DNA from: an uncultured Acidobacteriota bacterium
GTDB taxonomy: Bacteria > Acidobacteriota > UBA6911
Length of the DNA: 64,000 nucleotides
Direction: 5' to 3'
NCBI GenBank assembly: GCA_963843575.1
Contig: CAWJKZ010000017.1
Span: 192,001-256,000 of the forward strand
The translations under genes and the position numbers were made by a program. The notes below the pieces were generated by a model. It saw nothing but the letters and a program-made list of their open reading frames with translations, did not search any database and was not told the DNA's origin. Positions 27,518 through 38,495 of the stretch are shown one piece after another. Each line of letters starts with the position of its first letter. Position 1 is the stretch's first letter.

Positions 27518-29695
27518 ATGAGAATGCCACCCCCTGCACCGCAGCCCGCTGTGCGCCGCCAGGCGCTCCCGATGAACCGGATTGTCTTACTGACCTCCTT
27601 CCTCGCCTTTTCATACGGTGCGGCGTGTGCTCAGTCGGTCACCATCTCCTGGAACGCGAACACGGAATCCACCCTGGCAGGCTACAAGGTTTATATGGGG
27701 ACAGCCCCTCGCGTCTACGGGACGCCGGTCACGCTTGGAAAGGTCACGAGCTACCTCAAATCGAACCTCGCCGCCGGGACGTACTATTTTGCCGTGACTG
27801 CATACAACACCTCGGGGGTCCAAAGCAGCTATTCCACAGAGGTCACGGTGACCGTGAAGCCAGCCGATACGACGCGACCGACCATATCCGGCATCACGGT
27901 CACGAGCATAACTTCCACGGGGGCCACTGTTTCCTGGACGACGAACGAGGCCTCGGACACTCAGGTCGAATACGGCACCACGACGTCATACGGCCGCCTG
28001 TCGACGCTGAACAGCTCCAAGGTCACCTCGCACCGGCAGTCCCTCACCGGCCTCACGGCGAATACGACCTGGTACTACCGTGTGAAATCGCGGGACGCTG
28101 CGGGCAACCTGGCCGTGTCCACCGGGTCGAGTTTCCGCACCGCATCGGCTGCGGCTCCCGCGACGGCGCAGCCGGCCGTCACTTCGACCGGCGGGCTGCG
28201 GGCTGCCTTTACCTTCAACGAAGGGAAAGGCACGGCGTCGAGCGACGTCTCCGGCAACGGAAACAGCGCAGCCCTGTCCGGCACAACCTGGACCACGGGG
28301 CGTTTCGGCTATGCCCTCTCGTTCGACGGTTCAACGTCCCATGCCCGGGCGCTGGCAAACAAGGTCCCGGCGCTAAACACCCCGCAGACGCTGTCCGCCT
28401 ACTACTTCGTTTCCGGCAACCCGTCCACGACGCGGGTAATGCTCAAAACGAGCAACATGGACGAGGGCAAGGACCTGATAATGGGGTTCAGAAGCTCGCG
28501 CCTAGGAGTGTGGAACGACGCCGGCGTCTGGCTGGTCTCGGCCGCGATGCCGGCCGCGAACGCCTGGCACCACGTGGCCTACGTGTTCGACGGAAAAACT
28601 CACTCGCTCTATCTCGACGGCGTTGTCCGCGCCGCCTCCACGGTGCTCCCGGGCACCCATGCCGTCACGGCCATCGAGGTCGGCGGGGGCCGCGACGGTA
28701 CGGGGTATTTCAGCGGCAAGCTGGACGAAATCCTGATCTACGACCGGGCGCTGCCCGACAGCGAAATCAACACCCTGCGGACGTTCTCCCTGGGCACCGA
28801 GGTTCGGGCGCTGGCGGCAACGGCACAGGACGAGAGCGCCGCCGCATCGGACCCGGAAGGCCCTCTCTCGGAGGAGTCGTTGACGGAGGCTGTGGTTGAG
28901 AACCTGCTCCCCGGCAGTGGCACCGATACCGAGGTGGTCCGGAGCGTGGGAGCCAGGCCGGCTCCCACGGTGCATTTTGAGCTCTCCAAACCCTTTTTCG
29001 GCACCAACGAGCCCGTGGAGCTGAGCGGCTTGACCGTGGCCAACCCCGGATCGAGCGAACAAGCGGTCGAATTGAAGACCTGGCTCGCCTCATCCGCCGC
29101 GCCACCCGTGAGCCTGGGCGCCGCGGGCGAAGACGGCGGCTGCATCCTCCCTGCCGCGACAGTGTCGGATTTCGGCCCGGTCACGGTGCTCGAGGCGGCA
29201 GCCGCGCCACCCGAGGGCAGCATCTACCGCGTCGGCTCGCGCATGCTCGACCCCGTCACCGGAGATCTCCTCTCGGAAGAAAAGGCTGTGTTCGCCGTCT
29301 TGCCTGGGACGGGTGCAATTCCGTCCGGATCGCCGGAGTACCAGGCCCCCTACGGCGTGGAGGTCGATGCCGAGCTCGGCGCCCCAGTCTACTCGGACGG
29401 CGACACCATCTCGGTCCCGGACCTCGTGGTGCGGAACACCGCGGACGAGGAATTCCCGGTGCAGCTCAAAGTGTGGCTGGAAACCGCGGGAATAGAACCA
29501 CTGCCGGTCCTGTGGGTCGGGGCCGACGGATCCCTGGTGCTGCCTGCGGGCTCCGAATCACACTTCTACCGCCCCCGCGATCTCGCCGTCACGACCGACC
29601 TGCCGCACGGCGGCTACGCCTTGCGTTGCCGCGTCCTCGACCCGGTTACCGGCGGGATCCTGGCGGACCGCTCGACATACTTCACGGTGCGATAG
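27518..29695 (+). CDS. Secreted fibronectin type III (x2) + LamG-like jellyroll protein with a duplicated C-terminal domain
   Basis: Signal peptide (alternative start 27572); ISWNAN..YYFAVTAY and VSWTT..YYRVKS Fn3 repeats; WHHVAYV..LYLDG..LDEILIY LamG motifs. Confidence 0.85.
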   Translation: MRMPPPAPQPAVRRQALPMNRIVLLTSFLAFSYGAACAQSVTISWNANTESTLAGYKVYMGTAPRVYGTPVTLGKVTSYLKSNLAAGTYYFAVTAYNTSGVQSSYSTEVTVTVKPADTTRPTISGITVTSITSTGATVSWTTNEASDTQVEYGTTTSYGRLSTLNSSKVTSHRQSLTGLTANTTWYYRVKSRDAAGNLAVSTGSSFRTASAAAPATAQPAVTSTGGLRAAFTFNEGKGTASSDVSGNGNSAALSGTTWTTGRFGYALSFDGSTSHARALANKVPALNTPQTLSAYYFVSGNPSTTRVMLKTSNMDEGKDLIMGFRSSRLGVWNDAGVWLVSAAMPAANAWHHVAYVFDGKTHSLYLDGVVRAASTVLPGTHAVTAIEVGGGRDGTGYFSGKLDEILIYDRALPDSEINTLRTFSLGTEVRALAATAQDESAAASDPEGPLSEESLTEAVVENLLPGSGTDTEVVRSVGARPAPTVHFELSKPFFGTNEPVELSGLTVANPGSSEQAVELKTWLASSAAPPVSLGAAGEDGGCILPAATVSDFGPVTVLEAAAAPPEGSIYRVGSRMLDPVTGDLLSEEKAVFAVLPGTGAIPSGSPEYQAPYGVEVDAELGAPVYSDGDTISVPDLVVRNTADEEFPVQLKVWLETAGIEPLPVLWVGADGSLVLPAGSESHFYRPRDLAVTTDLPHGGYALRCRVLDPVTGGILADRSTYFTVR

Positions 29696-29809
29696 CGCCG
29701 CCGGGCCGCTGGCTTTCGACCGAAGCGCCCGAGGCCCGGCGGTGGTCTTGCGTTGCGCACCGGCTCGCAACGGGAATAGAATCGCATCCGGATACTTCAA
29801 GGAGATCCT

Positions 29810-30553
29810 ATGCGTCTACGAACCGCTGCCTTTGCCGTCGCCGTCGTTCTCATTTTCGTGGCACCTTCCCCTGCTCAAACCGGGAGCGCTCCTCCGGGTT
29901 TCGTCTCCCTGTTCAACGGACGCGACCTGACCGGCTGGAAGATCCCCGCGGGCGACAACGGTCACTGGAAGGTGATCGACGGGGTCATCGACTACGATGC
30001 GCGCAGCGAAGCCGAGCAGAAGCACCTCTGGACGGAAAAAGAATACAAGGACTTCGTCCTCCGGCTCGAATGGCGGCTGAAAGACACGCCGTTCATCTAC
30101 AAGAACGGCCGGATCCTTCTCCCCGACGGCAACGAAAAAATCGATGCGGCGGGCAAGCCGATCCCGTTGTCGTTTCCGGATGCCGATTCGGGTGTTCTCA
30201 TGCGCGGGCAGTCCCAGTCCCAGGTGAACATCTGGGCCTGGCCCGCGGGATCGGGCGAGCTCTGGAGCGTGCGCCGAAACACCAAGCTGCCCGCTGCGGT
30301 CCGCGCGGCGGCCACGCCCCGCCTTCACGCGGATAAGAACATCGGCGAGTGGAACAGCATGGAGATCACGATGAAGGGCGATCGGATTACGATCGTGCTC
30401 AACGGCCACAAGGTGATCGACAACGCGCTGTTCGACGGGGTCGCGGAGAAGGGGGCCATCGGGCTGCAGCATCACGGGGAGTGGAAGGACGGCCAATGGG
30501 CCGGCCCACCCGCCCTGGTTCAGTTCCGCAATATCTACATCAAGGAGCAATAA
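29810..30553 (+). CDS. DUF1080 (3-keto-disaccharide hydrolase family) protein
   Basis: SLFNGRDLTGW, DSGV, GEWN, IGLQHH and FRNIYIKE motifs; AAGGAG RBS. Confidence 0.9.
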   Translation: MRLRTAAFAVAVVLIFVAPSPAQTGSAPPGFVSLFNGRDLTGWKIPAGDNGHWKVIDGVIDYDARSEAEQKHLWTEKEYKDFVLRLEWRLKDTPFIYKNGRILLPDGNEKIDAAGKPIPLSFPDADSGVLMRGQSQSQVNIWAWPAGSGELWSVRRNTKLPAAVRAAATPRLHADKNIGEWNSMEITMKGDRITIVLNGHKVIDNALFDGVAEKGAIGLQHHGEWKDGQWAGPPALVQFRNIYIKEQ

Positions 30554-30565
30554 GGAGGGGGCCGG

Positions 30566-31651
30566 CTACAGGATCTCGTGGCGCTTCAGCGCCCTCAGGA
30601 AATCGTACGACAGTACGAAATCGAAACGCGCCGCGTTGCTGACGGGGAAGTCGTTCGAAAAGGCCTTGCCCGCAAAAAAGTTTGCGCTGAACTCTCGCCA
30701 GAAGTTGTAGCTTGCGACGAGATAGAATCGATTTCCCCGCCCCAGCCGGTCGGAGTTCCAGTTCAGGTAATACCGGTCGACGTGCACGAACCCGCCGTAC
30801 AGGGCCAGCCGCGGCAGGGGGTTGCGATAAACGGACACCGAGCAACCCCAGGCCGGCCGGAACTCCATCCGATAGTAATTGTCGAAGACCGCCGAGTCCA
30901 GGAAGCGGTTGGACGGCGGCTTCACCCTCACTGCCTGCCGGAGCGTGTCCACCCCGTCGTGCGCGGTGTAGTCCGCGGAAACCGACGTGTATTTCCCGAC
31001 CCTCTTGGAGACGAGGAACTGGTGGTAGTTCATCCTCGAGAGGCGTTTGAAACGCCCGTATACCCCAGGGGCCTCCGGGTCGCCGACGTAAGCGCCGGTG
31101 GCCGAGATCTCGTCGAAGTACAACTTGTCCGGCCGGTGCAGGCTGATCCGTTCACCCATCAGATAGCCGTTGTTCGAATAGCTGGTTACTTCGGTCGACT
31201 CGCCCCGGTTGAACCCGATCCCGCCAAACTGGATTTCCAGGGCGCGCCAGGGACTCGCGGACAGGTAGAGCTCCTTCAGATAAACTTTCGAGACGAGCTC
31301 TCCGGCCCCGATCCCAGTCGAATTCCAGGAGTGAGTGAAGGAGTCCCCCGTCCCAAACCGGAACCCGGCGTGGTAATGCCCGAGCCGATCGAACTTCAGG
31401 CGGCCGCGGGCAGCCACCTGGTACTGGAACTGGTATGTCCAGGGACTGCTGCTGACGGCGGTCCTCTTGTACCGGGCCGCGACCGTCCCGGCCTGCAGCT
31501 CGAGCCAGCGGGCCAGCGGGGGGACCGTCGGAGGGGCGGAAAAGCCCGCGGCGCCGGCGGCGGAACCGTTGTCGCCCGGGACCTGGCCCGGGAGCGTACC
31601 CGCCGAAACGACGATGAGAAACAGGAGCAACCACAGACGGGATGAGTGCAT
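30566..31651 (-). CDS. Hypothetical outer-membrane beta-barrel protein
   Basis: Signal peptide followed by aromatic-rich alternating beta-strands throughout. Confidence 0.6.
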   Translation of the reverse strand: MHSSRLWLLLFLIVVSAGTLPGQVPGDNGSAAGAAGFSAPPTVPPLARWLELQAGTVAARYKRTAVSSSPWTYQFQYQVAARGRLKFDRLGHYHAGFRFGTGDSFTHSWNSTGIGAGELVSKVYLKELYLSASPWRALEIQFGGIGFNRGESTEVTSYSNNGYLMGERISLHRPDKLYFDEISATGAYVGDPEAPGVYGRFKRLSRMNYHQFLVSKRVGKYTSVSADYTAHDGVDTLRQAVRVKPPSNRFLDSAVFDNYYRMEFRPAWGCSVSVYRNPLPRLALYGGFVHVDRYYLNWNSDRLGRGNRFYLVASYNFWREFSANFFAGKAFSNDFPVSNAARFDFVLSYDFLRALKRHEIL

Positions 31652-31820
31652 CGGGCCTTATACCTGGGGTTCAATCGAAACAAAGCGTATATATTGCCAT
31701 GAAAACGCAAGGGCGGCAATTTCGCTTTTCCGCCGGGATGCGAAAAACGCGTTGCGCGGGAGAACCGCGCCGGGTACGCCGGGCGGCGTCGGCCGGGTGC
31801 AGCACGGCGGAATTCGACTT

Positions 31821-31850
31821 TTGACTTCGGTCGGGTCGGGGGTTTAGGCT
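31821..31850 (+). promoter_or_regulatory. Putative sigma70 promoter of cydAB
   Basis: TTGACT-N18-TAGGCT upstream of ATG 31908. Confidence 0.35.
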
Positions 31851-31907
31851 ACCGGCGAGGAGTTGGCAAGGAAGTCTGTCCGCGTCCGGAGATCTGGGTC
31901 GCCCTAT

Positions 31908-33281
31908 ATGGAAGACGCTCTGTTCATCCATCGGCTTCACTTCGCATTCACCGTCACTTACCACTACATCTTCCCGCAGCTCACGATGGGTCTGGCGCCG
32001 CTAATCGTCGTGCTCAAGACGCTGGCGCTGCGCACGAACAACCCGGTGTATGACGACTCCGCGCGTTTCTGGGCCAGGATCTTCGGGATCAATTTTCTGG
32101 CCGGGGTGGTCACGGGCATCCCGATGGAGTTTCAGTTCGGGACCAACTGGGCCAGGTTCTCGCAGCTCACGGGCGGGGTGATCGCGCAGCCGCTGGCGAT
32201 GGAAGGGGTGTTCTCGTTTTTCCTGGAATCGGCGTTCGTCGGGCTGTTCCTGTTCGGGGAGAAACGCCTTTCGCGCATCGGGCACTGGTGGGTCGGGTTT
32301 CTGGTGTTCGTGGGGACGTGGCTGTCCGGTTTCTTCATCGTCGCCGCGGACGCCTGGATGCAGCACCCGGTCGCCTACAACCGGCTCGGCGGACGGCTCG
32401 TTCGAGGTGACGGGGTTCTGGGGCGTACTGACCAATCCCGTGGGCGCTGATCCAGTACGCGCACACGATGAGCGGAGCGGGCATCACCGGCGCGTTTGCG
32501 ATGGCGGGCACGGGCGCGTACTACCTGCTCAGCGGCCGGCACCGGACGCACGGCGAGATTTTCGTGCGCGTCGGCACCGTCGCGGGCCTGCTCTTCACCG
32601 TCCTCCAGGTGTTCCCGACCGGCGACATCCACGGCAAGTTGCTGGCCCACCATCAGCCCGTCACCACGGCGGCCATGGAAGGGATCTTCAGCACCGAGCG
32701 GGGTGCGCCCCTGATCCTCGTGGGCCAGCCCGACGTCGAGCGGCAGCGCATCGACAACCCGATCCGGCTCAACCGCGTCCTCAGCTTCCTGATTTACGGC
32801 ACCACCGGCGGCCGAAGTCCGCGGCCTGAACGAGTTTCCCCGCGAGAACTGGCCGACCAACATTCCGCTGCTCTATTTCGCGTATCACATCATGGCCGGC
32901 CTGGGCACGATATTCGTCGCGATCATGGTCGTGTCGGCGATCCTGCTCTGGCGCCGGAAGCTGGCCGAGACCCGCTGGATGCTCTGGATCCTGCTGCTGG
33001 CGATCCCGTTCCCGTACATCGCCAACACCGCCGGCTGGATGGCGGCGGAGGTCGGCAGGCAGCCGTGGCTCGTCTACGGACTGCTGCGCACGAGCGAGGG
33101 GTTTTCGCACAACGTGTCGGCGGCCAACGGTCTCTTCACCCTGCTCGGGTTCATGGGATTGTACGCCCTGCTCACGATCCTCTTCCTGTATCTCGTTCAC
33201 CTGACGGTAGCGCGCGGTCCGGAGCCGCTGCCCTCGGGCCAGGAACACTCCCCGGCTCCCGTTGCCGGGGGCAACGCTTAG
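31908..33281 (+). CDS. cydA: Cytochrome bd ubiquinol oxidase subunit I, with three +1 frameshifts
   Basis: RLHFAFTVTYHYIF, EFQFGTNW, FFLES, WMQHP, AAME and EVGRQPW motifs. Extra bases near 32388, 32438 and 32805; about 456 aa when repaired. Confidence 0.92.
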
Positions 33282-33290
33282 GAGATCGCC

Positions 33291-34338
33291 GTGGCCACAG
33301 TCTGGTACGTGCTCGTCGCCCTGATGCTGATCGGCTACGTGGTCCTCGACGGGTTCGACCTGGGCGCGGGAGCCCTGCACCTGGTGGGCGCCCGAACGAA
33401 CGAAGAACGCCGGACCCTGCTGGGTTCGGTCGGCCCGGTGTGGGACGGCAACGAGGTCTGGCTGCTCGCGGCGGGGGGCACGCTCTTCTACGCCTTTCCC
33501 CTGCTGTACGCTTCGAGTTTCAGCGGTTTCTACCTGCCCCTGATGATCGTGCTCTGGCTGCTCGTGCTGCGCGCGCTCGGGCATCGAGTTCCGGGCGCAC
33601 GTGGCAGACAGGCTCTGGCATGATTTCTTCGACGGCGTGTTTTCGCTTTCGAGCGCGCTGCTGATCATCTTTTTCGGCGCGGCTTTCGGCAACGTCATCC
33701 GCGGGGTTCCGCTGGACGCGAACCATTACTTCTTCGTGCCGTTGTGGACTGATTTCCTCCCGGGCGGGCCCGAACCGGGGGTGCTGGATTGGTACACGAT
33801 CCTGTCGGCCGTCGCCACCCTCGCGGCCCTGATGCTGCACGGCGCTCTCTTCGTCACGCTGAAATCCGCAGGGAGTCTCAACGCGCGCATGCGGCGTATT
33901 TCGGGACTGCTGTTGCCGGCCGTCGTCGCGCTGACGGTGCTGAGCCTGATAGCGACCATCCGGGTCCGTCCCGCTGTGCTGGACAACTACGCCGCGTTCG
34001 CGCCGGGCTGGATCATCCCGGCCGCCGTGGCCGCCGCGCTGCTGGGCATCTACCGTTTCCGCCGCGCGGGCAGCGAACGGAACGCCTTTCTGTGCTCGTG
34101 CGCGTATCTCATCGCCATGCTCGCCGGGGCCGCCTTCGCGCTCTATCCGAACCTGCTCCCGGCGACCACGTCCCCGTCAAACAGCGTAACGATTTACAAC
34201 GCCGCCGCGGGCGAGCGGTCGCTGTGGCTCGGCCTGTTCTGGTGGAGCGGCGGCATGCTGATCGCGGTGGGCTACTTCGTCTTCGTCTACCGCATGTTCC
34301 GCGGCAAGGTCCTCTCCGGCACGGAGGGTCATTTCTGA
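33291..34338 (+). CDS. cydB: Cytochrome bd ubiquinol oxidase subunit II, with one +1 frameshift near 33580
   Basis: YVVLDGFDLG and GPVWDGNEVWL motifs; removing one G restores LRALGIEFR. Confidence 0.92.
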
Positions 34339-34444
34339 AGCGACCCGAAATCCCGGCACACCGAACTATGGGAACGTAGGCACTCTTTTCCAGGAACAAA
34401 ACCGAAAGAGCTGTCGATGAGTATTCTGGCCGGACGTTTTTTCG

Positions 34445-35629
34445 ATGAAATTCGCCTACTTGACCACATACGATGCGAAGGACTGCCACAACTGGTCGGG
34501 CACAGCCACCCACATGGCGCGCGCCTTCCAGAGACAGGGGGTGGACGTCCATTTCGTCGGCAACCTCGGCGGCACGTCGCACGGGCTTCGGTTGGCCAAG
34601 GAGTTCGTCTACTCCCGGATCCTGGGGCAGCGCTACCTGCCGGAAAGAAGCCCTCTCCATCTGAAATCCTGTGCCCGCATCGCCTCCCGCCGCCTCTTGC
34701 GCCTGGATCCCGACATCGTTTTCAGCCCCGGCTCGCTCCCCGTCGCCTGTCTCGACACGCGCGTTCCCGTCGTCTTCTGGACGGATGCCACCTTCGCGGG
34801 AATGGTCGACTACTACCCGACCTACACCGGGCTGTGTCGTGAAACCGTGCGGAACGGCAACCGTATGGAGCAGGCCGCCCTCGACAGGTGCGCCCTGGCT
34901 GTCTATTCCTCCGAGTGGGCGGCAAAGACGGCGCTGAAGCGCTACCGGGTCGCGCCGGAGAAGGTGAGGGTCGTCCCGTTCGGGGCCAACCTCGAATGCA
35001 GCCCGTCGACTGCGGAGGTCGAGGAAGCTCTCCGGGAGCGCCCGCGTGCAACCTGCAGACTGCTGCTGATCGGCGTCAACGAGACACGGAAGGGCACCGA
35101 CATCGCCCTGCAGGTTGCGGCGGAATTGAACGCCCGTGGGCTCCCTGCCCAGCTGACCCTCGTGGGAGCCAGGCCTGCGGGCATCCTGCCCGATTACGTT
35201 CACTCGACGGGATATATCGACAAGGGGACGCCGCGCGGGCACGCGGAACTCGTGCGACTCCTGGCGCGCGCGCACTTCCTGCTCGGCCCCTCGCGGGCAG
35301 ACTGCACGCCGATCGCCTTCTGCGAGGCGAATGCGTTCGGGGTACCGTGCCTGGCGCGCGATACCGGTGGGGTCGGCTCACTGATCCGCAACGGCGTCAA
35401 CGGCTATCTCTTCGGAGCCGCCGCGCGCGCGGCGGCATACGCCGATTGCATCGAGTCCCTGATGCGGGACAACGGACGGTACCGTGAACTGGCCCGGTCT
35501 GCGCACGAGTGCTACCGGTCGCGGCTGAACTGGGACACCGCGGTGTGCGAGGTCCTGAGACACATCCGGGAGTTACCGACGACACGCTGCCGGCAGGCAG
35601 GTTGCGGCTGCGAGCTGCGGTTCGGATAA
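34445..35629 (+). CDS. Glycosyltransferase family 4
   Basis: RKG and PSRADCTPIAFCEANAFGVP (GT-B signature). Confidence 0.88.
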   Translation: MKFAYLTTYDAKDCHNWSGTATHMARAFQRQGVDVHFVGNLGGTSHGLRLAKEFVYSRILGQRYLPERSPLHLKSCARIASRRLLRLDPDIVFSPGSLPVACLDTRVPVVFWTDATFAGMVDYYPTYTGLCRETVRNGNRMEQAALDRCALAVYSSEWAAKTALKRYRVAPEKVRVVPFGANLECSPSTAEVEEALRERPRATCRLLLIGVNETRKGTDIALQVAAELNARGLPAQLTLVGARPAGILPDYVHSTGYIDKGTPRGHAELVRLLARAHFLLGPSRADCTPIAFCEANAFGVPCLARDTGGVGSLIRNGVNGYLFGAAARAAAYADCIESLMRDNGRYRELARSAHECYRSRLNWDTAVCEVLRHIRELPTTRCRQAGCGCELRFG

Positions 35630-35633
35630 GGCC

Positions 35634-37199
35634 ATGCTCGTTCGCTCCCACGAAATCGAAGACGAGAAAACCATCCAGGCGGATACCTGCATCGTCGGTG
35701 CCGGCCCTGCGGGCCTGACCCTGGCGCGCGAGCTGGCTGGGGCGCGCCTCGACATCTGCGTATTGGAGAGCGGCGGGCTGGCGCCGGAACTCCAAACGCA
35801 GTCACTGGCCCGCGCCGCAAACATCGGCCTCCCCTACTATCCCTTGCACGCCAACCGGCAACGGGCGTTTGGCGGCACCCTCAGGCTCTGGGCGGGTTGG
35901 AGCCGGCCGCTGGACGACATCGATTTCCAGCGGCGCTCCTGGGTTCCCGGCAGCGGCTGGCCGATCGACCGGGCAGCGCTCGTCCCCTATTACAAGAGGG
36001 CGCATAGGCTGCTCGGCCTGGGTGAGTTCAACTACGACGTCGAGCACTGGGAGCGGGTCGCGGGAACCGGGAGAATCCCTTTCCAGCGGGATATCGAAAC
36101 CAGGTTTTACCACCTCGCGGAACGGAGGAAACTGGCGGCGGAGTCCCGCGCGCAGATGGAATCGGCTCCGAACGTCCGCGTCGTGCTCGGAGCCAACGCC
36201 ACCGAGATCGAATCGAACGAGTACGCGAACTGCATCACGGGGGTTACGGCCCGCTCCCTCGAGGGAAGGCGCTTTCGTGTTGAGGCCAGGCGTTACATCC
36301 TGGCAACCGGAGGGATCGAAAACGCCCGACTGCTCCTGATCTCCAACCGGATACAGTCGGCCGGCCTCGGAAACGCCCACGACGTGGTCGGAAGATACTT
36401 CATGGAGCACCTCCATTTTCCCCTCGGTGTCATTCGCCTCGACAGGCCGGGCGACGTCGCTCCCTCGATCTACTTTCGTACGGGTAGGCCGGTGACGGCG
36501 CGGCTTTTCCTCTCGCCTCAAGCACAGGAGCGCGAGGGGATCCTCCACTACAACGTCATGTTGGAGCCGAATTACCCGGGGCTGTTCGACCGGTCGTTCC
36601 TGAAGGTGCAGAGCCTGGCCGCATCTCTCGATTCATCCGCGGTGGCCAACCGGCTCGCCGCCCACCTGCTGCGCCGGTACATCACGCCGCTCATGGCGAT
36701 CGCGTATCGCCAAGGGATCCCGGGGGGCGACCGCCCTGCCCCGCTGGTCGGCCTCGCCCATACCCAGGAACAGGCGCCCAATCCGGACAGCCGCGTAACG
36801 CTGAGCACGGAGAGGGATGCCCTGGGTATGAACCAGGTCGAGATGAACTGGCAGACGACGGACCTGGACCGTAGAACCGCGGCGAGGGGGCGCGTCGCTC
36901 TGGGCCGGGAATTCGCGCGCGCTGAACTGGGACAGATGAGATTGCGCCGGGGGGAAGACGAGTCGGCATGGCCGCCCCGACCGCTCCAGGGGCTGCGCGG
37001 GCATCACATGGGCACGACCCGGATGCACGCCAACCCGCGCGAGGGCGTGGTCGACGAGCACTGCCGCGTCCACGGGGTCGGCAACCTGTACATCGCCGGC
37101 AGCTCCGTCTTCCCAACTGCCGGGGCAGGGACCCCAACCGTCACTATCATTGCGCTCGCCATCCGGCTGGCGGACCACCTCAGGGCCTCCGAGGGTTAG
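35634..37199 (+). CDS. GMC family FAD oxidoreductase
   Basis: IVGAGPAG, GGIENARLLL, GRYFMEH, HHMGTTRM and PTVTI motifs. Confidence 0.9.
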   Translation: MLVRSHEIEDEKTIQADTCIVGAGPAGLTLARELAGARLDICVLESGGLAPELQTQSLARAANIGLPYYPLHANRQRAFGGTLRLWAGWSRPLDDIDFQRRSWVPGSGWPIDRAALVPYYKRAHRLLGLGEFNYDVEHWERVAGTGRIPFQRDIETRFYHLAERRKLAAESRAQMESAPNVRVVLGANATEIESNEYANCITGVTARSLEGRRFRVEARRYILATGGIENARLLLISNRIQSAGLGNAHDVVGRYFMEHLHFPLGVIRLDRPGDVAPSIYFRTGRPVTARLFLSPQAQEREGILHYNVMLEPNYPGLFDRSFLKVQSLAASLDSSAVANRLAAHLLRRYITPLMAIAYRQGIPGGDRPAPLVGLAHTQEQAPNPDSRVTLSTERDALGMNQVEMNWQTTDLDRRTAARGRVALGREFARAELGQMRLRRGEDESAWPPRPLQGLRGHHMGTTRMHANPREGVVDEHCRVHGVGNLYIAGSSVFPTAGAGTPTVTIIALAIRLADHLRASEG

Positions 37200-37228
37200 G
37201 CCCTTCAGTTCACGAAACGGGACCACCC

Positions 37229-38452
37229 ATGGCTTCCAGGATCCTGGTCATCTGCGCAGCACTACCGCCGCAACAGACTCCAGAGGCGGACCACACGTGG
37301 GAGATCTGCCGGCGACTGGCGGCGCAAGGCATGGATATACATGTGCTGACCACACGCGGCAACGGCCTGCCCGGCAGCCCCTACACGCTTTACCCCGTCA
37401 TGCGGGACTGGACGTGGCCCGAGGTTCCCCGGCTGGCCAGCGTGCTGCGCCGGTGCTCGCCCGATGCCGTCTTCCTGGATTATGTCGCCTGGATGTACCA
37501 CGACCACCCGATGATTACGTTTGCACCGGCGATCACGAAGGCCCTCAAGCCCTCCACCCGCTTCGTGACGCAGTTTGAAAATGTCGTCCCGCCCCGGTCG
37601 CACTCCCGCAACATCCCCAGGCGCGTCGCCCGGGAATTGGCCAATATCTTCGCCGGCAGGAAGGACATGGATCCTGTTTTCGGCACGCTGCTTCGCGACA
37701 GCAACAGCATCGTCGTCCTGAGCGACGTCCACCGACAGAGGCTGGCCGAGCGGCCGGGCCGCGTCGACCGACGGTGGGTCCTGCTCCCACCCCCGCCCCT
37801 GATGCGCATCGCGCCCCCTTCCCCCGAAGACCGCCTCCGACTGCGGGCGCGTCATCGGATCGACGAGGAGACGTTCCTGCTCGTTTACTTTGGCTACCTC
37901 TATCCCGGGAAGGGGATCGACAACCTCCTTCAGGCGATGCAGGCACTGGTGAACGAAGGGAGGAGGCTCCACCTTGCGGTGCTCGGAACGGAAGCTCACC
38001 CACTGCTCGGGATTCATCCGACCTATGCCTCCGACATGGTTCGATACGCCAGGGAGCGCGGGTTGGAAAACCGCGTGACCTGGGCAGGAACCTATCGGTG
38101 GCGCAGCGACGACGTCTCTCCCTGGTTGCGCGCAGCCGACGCCTGCGTGCTGCCACACGATTACGGCATTCAGTTGAACAACCGGGCGCTGGCGGCCGTG
38201 AGCGCCCACGGGCTTCCTACCGCCGCAATCCGCGGGAAGATCAGGGAGGACGCCCTGCGTGATCGCGAAAACCTGCTCCTCGGTCCCCCGCACGCTCCGG
38301 AGAGCCTTGCACAGATGCTTCGGTGCCTGATGGACAGTCCCGAACTGCGACGGACGCTGAGTGGCGGAATCCTGCAGCTGTCTGCCGACTGGTTCGACTG
38401 GGACAAGACCACGGACAAGCTCGTGGCGATCCTGTCGGACCCTCGCCCTTGA
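37229..38452 (+). CDS. Glycosyltransferase family 4
   Basis: YFGYLYPGKG and AADACVLP..HGLP motifs. Confidence 0.82.
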   Translation: MASRILVICAALPPQQTPEADHTWEICRRLAAQGMDIHVLTTRGNGLPGSPYTLYPVMRDWTWPEVPRLASVLRRCSPDAVFLDYVAWMYHDHPMITFAPAITKALKPSTRFVTQFENVVPPRSHSRNIPRRVARELANIFAGRKDMDPVFGTLLRDSNSIVVLSDVHRQRLAERPGRVDRRWVLLPPPPLMRIAPPSPEDRLRLRARHRIDEETFLLVYFGYLYPGKGIDNLLQAMQALVNEGRRLHLAVLGTEAHPLLGIHPTYASDMVRYARERGLENRVTWAGTYRWRSDDVSPWLRAADACVLPHDYGIQLNNRALAAVSAHGLPTAAIRGKIREDALRDRENLLLGPPHAPESLAQMLRCLMDSPELRRTLSGGILQLSADWFDWDKTTDKLVAILSDPRP

Positions 38453-38495
38453 GGCGCCCGAGCCGGGAGAATCCGGGAGCTCTTTGAAGTGCGTT

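Noticed and set aside
31908-34338. cydAB as true pseudogenes or programmed frameshifts
   Set aside because: All four breaks are +1 insertions with no slippery heptamers and no other decay, and the same pattern occurs in unrelated genes. A sequencing artefact is more likely.
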